A DNA stretch of 63,915 nt, the filler included, from Thelocarpon superellum (Eukaryota): assembly GCA_026025795.1 (NCBI GenBank). It is 3 parts of 3 records of this genome, joined end to end, with 100 filler letters (N's around TTAATTAATTAA, not from the genome) between each part and the next. Parts side by side here need not be neighbours in the genome. Positions count along the whole stretch, not along the records: positions 23,921 to 47,650 come from JAPEUG010000280.1; positions 47,751 to 63,915 come from JAPEUG010000395.1; 1 more part is not named here. One strand, written 5' to 3'. The notes below the pieces were generated by a model, which was given only the letters and a program-made list of their open reading frames with translations, had not been told where the DNA came from and did not search any database. Shown in pieces: positions 39,051-49,388 of the stretch; the stretch's first letter is position 1, and every line of letters starts with the position of its first letter. Made by a program: the position numbers and the translations under genes.

Positions 39051-40271
39051 GGCCAAAAATAGAGCCGATAGGATAAGTGGTGCTGCTACTTCTTGAATGG
39101 GCCGTTGGCCGGAGGTGGGTGATGGGTGTCCATGCAGTTTGTAGCTCTGGCACATGTGGCCGTCTGAGCGAGACGCTTCTCTAGTCCACCGTAGTAGTTA
39201 CCATACTGGCGCGGGGCGTGAACAGTAGCTGCAGCGCTGCGCAGCTACGGTGGACTGCTAAGCGATCTTATGGGTGAGTTTGCGGTCCTCCGCAACTACT
39301 AACAAGTACATTGTACCAGTCCGGTATCCGATGGCGCGAGTACTGGTGCGGGAGGCCCGTGGCTGATGCGCTGACGGCTGTTTCCGCAGAGTTGATGGAG
39401 TAGATTAGCCAATCATAGTGGACCGAGGCAAATTCTGGCAATCGAGTGGGCCCGTCCAGGCCTTAGGGATTCGTGCAACGCAGCAAAACGCGCATGCTGC
39501 GGCGTTCATGTGCTAGCCGTCGGTTCGCTGGAGTGACGGAATTACCGATTGCAGAGATTTGCAGACCATCTATCCCATGTTCGCCTCCTGCAACGCTGGT
39601 CTTAATCTTCATCCCCTTGCCATTGTTGGATGCCTGCTGGTTCTCGCCCTTCGCATCTACAAGCCCATCCAGACGAATCGGTCTCGTAGTTGATTTGCAC
39701 CCTACTGCGCACTTCTGTACGTGCGCGCCGCTTCAACCTCGTGGCTATCGAGCATCACGTCAGCCATCCTGGCCTCCCAATCCTCCGCTTTCGGCACCTC
39801 GCCTCGAGTAACCTGGCGGCCACAGGCTCGAAATACCACCAAATTGGCGGGACCGGTACTGTTCCGCTTCTATCTCATCCGGCCTCTCCTCGGCTCGGGG
39901 CTCGGACGTCATTCTGGAGCTGCGGAAGGCCTTATGACCGGCCTTCCAAGCCCTGATTGACTGCCGCGTCTCTGCGATCGCGACCGCAGGTTGTCGGATA
40001 TACATCTTCCTGGGGTGTACGCAGGTCTTCACCCTGGCGTTCTGGGAGACAACGGTTGAGTGCTGGGCCTGAGGTCCTCGCGCGTTACCGTCGGCTGCCC
40101 TCGTCCGCGCTTTTTCGCCGACTTCGTGTCTCTTTCAAGGCGGGCATGGAGGACTGATCCCTTCCCATGCGAGTCGCTCAACCTTGTTCTCAGCTCCGTC
40201 GAGACATGGGAAGGTAGCGAAACTCGTGCGCAGCTTATTTCAAGACACCTCCCGCCGAAGATATCGAAAGC

Positions 40272-42347
40272 ATGGACGCCTCAATGTCGGAGAAGTCGGA
40301 GAAGTCCGAGACTCGGTTCAGTACGCCGGTGTCGGACTTGGATGATCATCGTCATCAGCCATCCTCCCTGCCACGATCAGATACCATCGGTCCAGTGCGC
40401 AGGAGTATGTCCATTAGCCAGGGCGTAACGCACCCGCCACACGGAGGTGGGCCCTCCACAAGCCATCATCCTGGGGAGGAGTTGCGACGTACTGGGCCAC
40501 ACATTCAAGATTGGGAGCATGCCATCACCGAGGACGATCACGAGAAGGCCAAGGCCCGCCAGGGGCCGGAGGTGGATGGAATAATGGGCTTGCCTCTGTC
40601 CGCCTCTCCGGTGACCAGGCGCCGAGGTACCCTCCTGTTCGATCAACACCCGGGCAAGCCGATCCGATCTCGGGCCTCCTCTGCCTCATCCGACTCCAGC
40701 TCGCCACCCAATTCCGTCGATGCTTTTGCCGATCCTCGCCGCCGGGAGCGAGCGGGCACGCTCGATAGCAAGGTGCCATCGGACCTCGATGTGCCCGTTG
40801 TCCGCGCTGGATCCAAAGCCACCTCGTCGCGGCGGCCTACCTTCAGCGATGGCAATGTCAACAAGGCCGAGATGCTCGATGAGGAGGTGTCGAAGCACGA
40901 CTTGGCCCAGGAAGATGTCTGCTTCCCGCCATTCGGTGAACTGTCCAAGACGAACACCATCGACTTCGAAGCCCTTGAAGAATTTGTCGCTGAGCACGCT
41001 CGACGACCTGGGTCGGCCCATTGCACCCATCGCACGCACAGCATCAGCTCGCGTAGCCAGCGACCCAGGGTGTTCCACGATCTTCGCCCGAAGACTTCCC
41101 TGTCGCCCTTGCCCATTCAGGTCGCGCGCGACGTCCCCAATACGCCTCAAATCCGGGTCGAGTCGAGCGACGAGAGCGACATGCTGGCGGAGAAACACAA
41201 CGAGCTCATCCGGTCGACATCTGCCTCTCGTCCGAGCCCATCTGAGCCGAACCGGTTCAGCTTCTTTTCGTCGGACCTCGACTCGACGATCCATGCGCCC
41301 GAACTGGGAGATCTAGTGCTTCCGGGCGATTCCTTCCGTGATCTTTTCGAACTGAACCCGGAAGGAGGCGTGTGGTGGCTGGATGTGCTCAACGCGACGG
41401 AAGAGGAGATCATGGTCTTGACCAAGGCCTTCTCCATCCATCCTCTCACCTCGGAGGACATCAAGACGCAAGAGACGCGGGAGAAGGTGGAGCTATTCAA
41501 GCAGTACTACTTCGTCTGCTTCCGCTCCTTCTACCAGATGGATAAGAACAGCGACGACTACATGGAGCCGGTGAACGTGTATGGCGTGGTCTTCCGTGAG
41601 GGCGTCCTGAGCTTTACCTTCCGTCACAGTCCCCACGCCGCAAACGTGCGCCAGCGGATTGGGAAGCTTCGAGACTACGTTTCCCTGAGCAGCGACTGGA
41701 TCTGCTATGCCATGATGTTGGTCTCTCTGCTTCTCGCCGTCCCCGATTAGGCGCTGACGATTCTTAGTGATGACATCGTTGACAGCTTCGGGCCCGTCAT
41801 CAAGGATATCGAACGCGAGACCGACGTCATCGAGGACCAAGTCTTTGTGGCCCGGGCAGACGACGTGGGCTCGCTGCTGCGGCAGATTGGGCAGTGTCGA
41901 AAGAAGGTCAACAGTCTGATGCGGCTGCTGGGCGGCAAGGCGGATGTGATCAAAGGCTTCGCAAAGCGATGCAACGAGCAATACTCCATCACCCCACGCG
42001 GTGAGATTGGCCTGTATCTGGGCGACATCCAAGACCACGTGGTGACGATGATGTCGAATCTGGGGCACTTTGAGAAGATGCTCTCGCGCTCACACAGCAA
42101 CCACCTGGCGCAACTGTCGGTCGACAGCATTGAGCAAGGGAACCATGCGAATCGTGTCCTCAGCAAGATCACCATCATCGCCACCATCCTGGTGCCGCTC
42201 AACCTGATCTGCGGTCTGTTTGGCATGAACGTGCCTGTGCCGGGACGCGAGACTACAGACTTGAGTTGGTTCTTTGGAATCATAGGTGTCATCGGTGCCA
42301 TTGTCGTCTTCAGTCTGTTGGCCGCCAAGAGGTTCCGGTTCATTTGA
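40272..42347 (+). CDS. ALR1: CorA-family Mg2+ transporter, Alr1-like; intron 41717-41767
   Basis: WWLDV, HPLTSEDIKTQETREKVELF, SSDWICYAMIDDIVDSF, YLGDIQDHVVTM and the GMN signature in GLFGMNVPVPG. Confidence 0.9.
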
Positions 42348-42811
42348 TTGATCCTTCTCGTGCTGAGAGGCGTGGAATCCAACACTTGATTCGCGTGGTC
42401 ACGAGGCTCCGACTCTCGAAAGGCCGTTCCCGGATCATTCCTCTCTGTTCTCTTCTGCTCCCCTCTGTCCTGTCGTTTCATGGCCCTGCATCACTGTCTT
42501 TGATACCACGCCCCAACGCATACCCCCGAATCACAGCCTTGGTTTTTTTGGGTTTGTGTTGGCGCGAATTGATTCGAAGATTCCACCTGCCCGTACGCCT
42601 GCGTGCATCGATAGATGTACGCATTCGTAAGCGCGTTCTTGGTTCCACGGTAGAAGAGATCAGGATCCCGTACAATGAAGCAGGGTCTTGTGGGAGAGCG
42701 GAAGGTCTGAACCCGAGAATATGGACGCCCTCGTAGGTACAAAAATCCGCCGGCGTCGTGTGTGTCTGTCTGATCTTAGGCAACGGCAAGGGACAGCGAA
42801 GCCATGGTCGT

Positions 42812-44164
42812 TCACTCCGTCTCTTCTGTGATCGCACTGCCTTTGACCGCGTAGCCGCCACGAGCATCTTGGATCCAGACCTCGAATGCTTTCCGAGGGG
42901 GAACACTCGAGGCGGCGTTTTGCCCCGGTGGACTCGTCGCCTCTCCGGTCCCGCTCTTCTCCCCCTTGTCTCCTTCCCCCGTCATCCTGTCATCTGCCTT
43001 TCCCTTTGCTCCCTCGCCCGTCGCCCTCCCACAAACGGTAAGTTCATCCCCGGCATACAAAGGCGCGAGGTTACGATATTCAAGATCGAGCACGCGCCGC
43101 CCAGCCCCGCCGCCGCTATCACCATGCAGCCGGGAAGAGCTTAGCAGCGAGAGGAGCAGCGTCAGGCTCAGCGGACCATGCACGAGCGTCGTGGGTTGGG
43201 ATTCGACGCGCCGGCAGTACTCCGGGTCCAGGTGGATCAGGTGCGCGTTGAATGTCAGGGCGCTGAAGCGGAACAGGAGGCCCGGGGTTGGCGTCATGCT
43301 TTGGCTGAATGTCGGCGCGCGGTGAGCTGTACGGAGGGAGCGAGAGCGTGAGCGAGAACTTGTCGGGGTCTTATGGAAGGTCAAATGCGTGGGCGAGAGG
43401 GACTTACGGCGGAGAATGCGTGGCTCGGTTGCAAGTGGGCGCCGGCGGGCTTCATGTAGGAAGGCGAGGTCTCGTCTCTCTACTATGGCAGCAGACGTAT
43501 CGCCAAAGATATCATCGTCTCTGTTGTCTCCATCTCCGTTCAATCGCAGCCGGGTGTCGGCGTCGGATTCGCCCTCCTCGGACACGCCGATGCGTCGCTC
43601 AATGCGCACGAAGACCGTCTTTCCAGGCTCGTCGTTGGCGTCCCAGCCCCCGTCCTTGACGACCACGTCCCGGATCCGCTCCACGCATGCGACGCGGCTC
43701 CCGTCGAGACGCAGCTGCCGCTGCCGCGACGGGTGAAAGGACACGCGACCGCCGGCCCACAGTCGGCGGGTGTAAGGTGGGCCGGGCGAATGCAACGGGT
43801 CGGTTCCGTCTGGGAGAAGGGCATTGGAGGGAACTTGGGCGGGGAAATACACGAGATGGTGACCTGCGGGGAGGACGTTTGCAGATCTAGTGGAAGGAAG
43901 AAGGAAAGGGAGAGAAGCGGTTTGGGTTGCAAGACGGGGGTAGAGAAACGGCAGAAGAGAAATATCCAGTAGGTGGGAGGGAGTGGGAGATAGATAGTCA
44001 AAGATCACGGGCAGGCGTCGCGACGTAAGAGCAGCCCGGAGTTCAGAAGCTTGGCTTGAAGTCAAACGACGCGCACTCTTTGCAGACCGGCTTGGAATGG
44101 AAAGCCGGGATGCTCTCCCAAGGGGACTCCCAAGGGGACCACGCACTTGTTGCAGGGCAGACAT
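42812..44164 (-). CDS. HTD2: Hotdog-fold hydroxyacyl-thioester dehydratase, Htd2-like (mitochondrial FAS II); probable in-frame intron 43407-43327
   Basis: Arg/Ser-rich presequence-like N-terminus; LPAGHHLVYFP, DGTD, RRLWAGG, LLFRFSALTFNAHLIHLD and LVHGPL. Confidence 0.8.
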   Translation of the reverse strand: MSALQQVRGPLGSPLGRASRLSIPSRSAKSARRLTSSQASELRAALTSRRLPVIFDYLSPTPSHLLDISLLPFLYPRLATQTASLPFLLPSTRSANVLPAGHHLVYFPAQVPSNALLPDGTDPLHSPGPPYTRRLWAGGRVSFHPSRQRQLRLDGSRVACVERIRDVVVKDGGWDANDEPGKTVFVRIERRIGVSEEGESDADTRLRLNGDGDNRDDDIFGDTSAAIVERRDLAFLHEARRRPLATEPRILRRKSLSPTHLTFHKTPTSSRSRSRSLRTAHRAPTFSQSMTPTPGLLFRFSALTFNAHLIHLDPEYCRRVESQPTTLVHGPLSLTLLLSLLSSSRLHGDSGGGAGRRVLDLEYRNLAPLYAGDELTVCGRATGEGAKGKADDRMTGEGDKGEKSGTGEATSPPGQNAASSVPPRKAFEVWIQDARGGYAVKGSAITEETE

Positions 44165-44720
44165 GGCTGTGGAGATGGTGCAAGACCGTCCTGGAAGATC
44201 CAGTAGAGGCTTTCGAATGTCATCACGTCTAGAAGCGAAGTCGCATTTACATCTACATCGCGCCATTCTGGAGGTGGAGCTGAGATGAGGCTGCCCGATC
44301 GATACCTATGTCATTGAGTCGCAGCTGTGGATTCACTTGAGCTTCTGACCCGTAGTCCTTCATGTCACCTGATTACCTAGCTAATGCTTGACTCGAGCCT
44401 TTCGTCTCGGACATGCTCGCCAAATGGAACCAAGCGACAGAAAAAGTCTGGATCGATTGGATACAATAACCACGGAACTCTTCTGACTGAACCTTGCCTT
44501 ACTTTTCCAAGATTTCGGCGGATTGAGAACTAGAGCTAGCTGTCTATTTACCCGATTTCTCGTGTCCCTGTACCTCCTGGACGGGCAGCGGGTAATGTGA
44601 AGACGGCAACAGGCTTGACAGCCCTCGGTCACGTACATAGATTACCTAGCTAGAGCGAGCGGAAGCATGGTATGCGATCGATGGCTTCTGTCGCCACAAG
44701 TCCAACGGATGACTCGTGCC

Positions 44721-45054
44721 TCAAGCCATCATCCAAGCACCGGCACCCCACCCCATATTTCCCGGCGCGGCATAACCACCAGACGCGTGGAGCCTCGTCG
44801 GCGACCACGTGCCAGTGGCATCCACATCTGTGCGTGATCCATCAGCAGGTGCGACGGCGCATCAGCCCACGACGCTTACCACTTAGTATCTTGATGAGAG
44901 CGGAGCCTCCGTCTCCACCGGGGCGGCACATGGGCTTTGCTATGCTGGCCCGGAACGTGGCGTCAAAGTCCTTGTTGTGATGACGACCCGTCAGGCCCTC
45001 GGAAGAGGGGATGTCTGGAAACAGTGCCTCGCGGTGGGCGAGGTGACCAAACCG
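44721..45054 (-). promoter_or_regulatory. eRF1 3'UTR readthrough extension containing a 52-nt intron (44879-44828)
   Basis: The stop TGA (45057-45055) is followed by CGG and 58 open codons, then GTAAGC..GCTGAT..CAG, then 35 more open codons to a TGA at 44723-44721. Confidence 0.75.
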
Positions 45055-46477
45055 TCAATCATCGTAGAACTCGTCCTCGTCGTCAAAGTCGGCCAGTTGC
45101 TCGAAGTTGACCTTATATCGCAAGATGGCGCCGATTCCACCGAACCCCTTGACGAATTGGTTGCCCTCGCTGGATCGGTCCGACACAAACTCCAGATTGG
45201 CGCCAAAGTCCTTGTACTTCTCCGCCAGCCATTCCAGGAACGGGGCCTGGTCGACGACTTCCATCTCCTGTCCCGTCTCGTTGTCCATGAACATGTCGCG
45301 ATTCAACCCTTCCTGGCTCTTGCTGGTATGCAAGATCACCTCGGATCCCGAGGCCGTCTTAAGCACCCAGCGCGTGATGTCGAGATTCTCAAAGACAATC
45401 AGGATCTCGCACGCCCCCAGCTCCAAGGCCTTGAGCGTATCGTCAATGCCGTAGCAGACCTTGCCGCTGTCCTGGCTGATCTCCTCAAAATAGCTGCTGA
45501 TCAGTTTCTTTTCCTGGATGAACTTGACGTTGCTCAACGTCTCAGCGGAGAGGTCGATGGCCTGGTTGAAACCGCTCTCGCCGCCATAGGAGACGTCGAC
45601 GACCTTGATGACCTTGGCCTGGAGACGCTGGTCAAACATGTCGGACTGGTTGAGGTCGTTCTTAAAGTCGGCCGATCCCGCGAGAATCAGGCCGGCCACG
45701 TTGACCTTGTCGCTGGTGATGAAATTCTGCACGGCCAATTCGGACACCTTCCGCACGTAGTTGTGCCGTTTCTCCTCGCGCAGACGGGCAAAACGTAGTG
45801 CCGACTGCCCACCGCGACCATGCTTCTTGGGAAGATCGACGGAGAACTTGTGCACCACGTCGCGCGTGTTACCACTGAGCGTGCCAAAGAGAGCGCCGTT
45901 CCCGTCCATGATGATGAAGCCGAATTTCTGGTCCGACTCCAGCAACTCGCTCAGCGCCTCCGTGTGGAACTTGTTGTCACACAGATAGAGCGAAGTGTTA
46001 ATGGGCTTGAAGGGTTCAAAGTCGATGTTGATCTTGCGCTCTTTGCCTTCGGACGTGATGATCTCGCCACAGTAGACGACAAGGCCATTGGGCGGCACCT
46101 TGGAATACAGCTTCAGCCGCTGCTGAGTCGAAGTGATGGCCGACAAGACGGAGAGACGATTGACCCGCGATTTGATATTGGACGCCGTGCCCTAGACGAA
46201 TCAGATGGCGATACCAGCGTGACGAGTACGTGGACTCACAAATTCTTCGGCCAGCATCTTGGCCGCTCGGGAGACCTGGTCCTTAGGCGCTGTGTACGCA
46301 GATGGGTGAGCAGGCGTGTCGCCCAAACGGCCCGAGAGGTCGAGGAGAAGACTTACGGATGATGAGGGAGATCATGGACGTGCCATTGCCGCGGGCGGCT
46401 TCGAGGCGCTTGATCAGCTTCTTGACCTTCCAGATCTCGATGTTCTTCTCCGCCTCGTTGGCCTGGGGAGCACTCAT
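45055..46477 (-). CDS. SUP45: Eukaryotic peptide chain release factor 1; exons 46477-46357, 46289-46240, 46191-45055
   Basis: [19 protein letters not shown] (NIKS), [14 protein letters not shown] (GGQ) and [11 protein letters not shown]. Confidence 0.98.
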
Positions 46478-47650
46478 CGTGCCGGCCCGAGCAGGGTGAG
46501 ATGGCGCGGACAGCACAAACGGAGGCGAAACGGTCCTGGGAGAGCCGCGTCCGTGGGACGGCCTCGACGACGGATGCCCAGTGACCTCGGGCTGATGGAA
46601 TTCGTACGTTTCGTCCGATGATAGAGGTTGGTGGGAATGGCGGGGCAAATCTTCTACGAATCATCGGTTGTGGGCTTGTGGGGTGGCTTCCGCAATCCAA
46701 AATTTCGCCCGCCGGTCGCGCCGAGGTGAGCCCTACCCGCAATGCTACCACTGGAATACTTATCCGTTCACCTGCATTTGTCGCCGATCCAAAGTCACCT
46801 TCAAGTATCTACGCACAAGTAAACGGGCTTTTCGGGTAGGGCAATCTCTGGCACTTGCGCCTCCAGTTCACCGCATCCGAAGCGTTCGTGCTTCGTTCGG
46901 CACCCATAGCTCATACAGCGGAATAGCGGGATCCTACGCTGGTACCAGGTGTCATCTTTGTGCGTTGGGCCACCACCGCCACTCCATCAACAGCTAACCC
47001 TAGGCAGACAAGGAGAACAAAGCTCGGAATTTTTGGTATCGCCTGTGGGCCGCTGAGTATAATCCAGCAACAACGCAATCTCTTGTCCAGCGCAGTCACG
47101 CCCCATCCGTCGGCCTGACTCGTGGTACTTTCCTGGGATTTACCTTTGGTGTATTGCCTGAGTCCGCGACGCCCCACGCCTATCGGTCTGGGAAACGTAC
47201 GATACGAGCGCTCTAGCTATATGATACGGCGGACTCACCACGGTTCAGCCACACGACGGAGAACTCCGTGCGGACTCTCAAGCGTGTTCGGATGGATGAA
47301 CGGTCTGACTACTTGTACACGACCGGCGCCAGGGTGATACTGGCCCCAAAAGGCCCCCGGCTTGGTGACGAGTGCGTCATGCTCTAGAAGCTGCCGCACC
47401 TGCGGAAGGCAGCGGATCCGTCGAGACGCGACCAGCTTGCCATGTGCGAAACCAGCGCGGAGTTGTCCCTCGGTGATGGGCGGCCCAAGAGCTCTTCGCC
47501 TGGTTGGTCCGTCTGCTTATCTGTTGTGCCTGCTGCCGCCTGGGCCACGTTAGTCCGCCGTATGTGGCGAGCCGTGCGCCCGTTTTCGAACATCGGCGCT
47601 CCAACCGCGCTTACGTATTCGCAAACTCGTCCGCGGGGGCTTCCATTGCT

Positions 47651-47750
47651 NNNNNNNNNNNNNNNNNNNNNNNNNNNNNNNNNNNNNNNNNNNNTTAATT
47701 AATTAANNNNNNNNNNNNNNNNNNNNNNNNNNNNNNNNNNNNNNNNNNNN
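47651..47750. other. Artificial contig-joining linker (N44-TTAATTAATTAA-N44)
   Basis: Identical to the linker at 23821-23920. Confidence 0.97.
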
Positions 47751-48963
47751 TGGCTTAGTCACCTTTTGATTAGTCGTGCCAAGCTCCAGTGAGCTGTCGA
47801 GCAAAAGGAGCAAGAGCGCCGTCTCCCTTCAGTATAACAGCCCGCCATTGAGATCCAGACCTCCACTTCCACATCAATTGGGCGGCTCATGGCGCCCCGA
47901 GGCGATTGATTGACCTGTCCTAATCCACCTGCTCGATCTTTTACACCCCACTCCGTCCACTCCCAAATCCTCCTTCAACTCATCTGCCTTTCCACCGACA
48001 GGCAAACCTCCAAGCCCACCGCGTTTGAGCAATATTCGGGGGTCCAACACCTGCAGAAGGATGTACGAGTACAGGCTGGGACCGTACTCGGACAGCTCGA
48101 GTGACAATTTGACGCATTGTCTCAAATGGAATGACAACCTCAATGTCGCCAAACCAGAGTCATACCGAGGGGGCGACTACACCAAATGCTTGCAATTCAT
48201 CAAAGCCTGCGAGCGGACCTTCGACGAAAACCCAAGCGTATTCGAAGACAAGTATCGGAAACTCTACTTTGGCGAAGCGTGTCTCAGGTGCCCCATCCAG
48301 AATGACTGGTTCGAGAAGCCCATCGACGGATCCATAGAGGATTACCACTTGACAACATGGGAAGACCTCAAGCGTTTTCTCCTCGCGGAGGCGACGCCGG
48401 CCTTTTCTCGAGAGATGGACCACTACAAGTAGTACAAGGAGATGACGCAGCGGACAGACGAGTCGGTGGAGCAACTCATCAAGCGAATGGACGAGCTCGA
48501 AGAAAAGCTCGAGCCATTCACCGAACGGCAACGTCGAAACCACCTTCTCCACAGCCTACGCCCGGACATCAGAGGCAAGATCAACCAGCAAGGAACCGAG
48601 ATGCCGCAGACTCGACAGGAGCTTGTATACCGAGCCATCTTTTTCGAGGGGTGGCTATCGGCGGAGAAGTCCGACGACAAGCCCACCACTTTGGCCTCAC
48701 GCATCACGTCTCCAAGCAGCGGCAAAGCGGCTCGGAACCGGAAGAGGAATCTGGCTAAAAAGATGGAGAAGAAGGCCCGGCAACACGCTCAGACGCAGGC
48801 TCAGAGCGATCCCCGGAGCCACCCTCAGGGCGAACCCCAGAGATACCCACGGTATGAGCAACCGTACAACGGCGGGGATGAATGGGAGGACCAATGGAAT
48901 CCTCCACCCATCGCCCGGACTAGACCTCCGAGACGTCCTCGTCACCGTCACGGTCGTTGGTAA
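47751..48963 (+). mobile_element. Decayed Ty3/Gypsy-type gag (capsid-like) remnant; no pol visible
   Basis: ORFs 48025-48432 and 48442-48963 share a frame, split by one TAG. The translation shows gag-like KPESYRG..F..CE..F, TWEDLKRFLL, MTQRTDESVEQL and LLHSLRPDIR. The upstream frame has further stops at 47790, 47835 and 47907. Confidence 0.65.
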
Positions 48964-49388
48964 TCCATCACAGGGCTCCGACTCCCGCTCATTTACTGCT
49001 TCGACCGACTGCCTATCTACCATTCGCCAGGTGCAACTCGAGGATTGTCCAGCGTCGCTTCCCTCTTCCGTCATCTCCTTTCTCGCTTGTCTCCTCTTTG
49101 TTCATCTCTCTCCCCCTCTTTCCTTCCCATATCAACCAGCGCTAGAGTAGATGCGTGTTACGCTGAGAGTAAGAGGAAGAGGAAAAGGAGGACCTTTGCG
49201 TCATGGCTCGCGACCCGGGATGTATAGTAGGTCCTGAGTGACTGAACAAACGAGCGAACGAACACCAGCGTCTCTTCCTCTTTCACGCCACCTTCTACCC
49301 CTTGCCGGTTTACCCAAGAGCTCTCCCAGACAGACAGTCAGTCAGACAGTCGGAATAATGCACAATGACAAAGAGTGACGCGCTCTCA

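Noticed and set aside
44972..45052. A proximal intron right after the eRF1 stop (GTTTGG..CCTGAC..AAG)
   Set aside because: Weak donor and acceptor compared with the canonical intron at 44879-44828; cannot be supported without reads.
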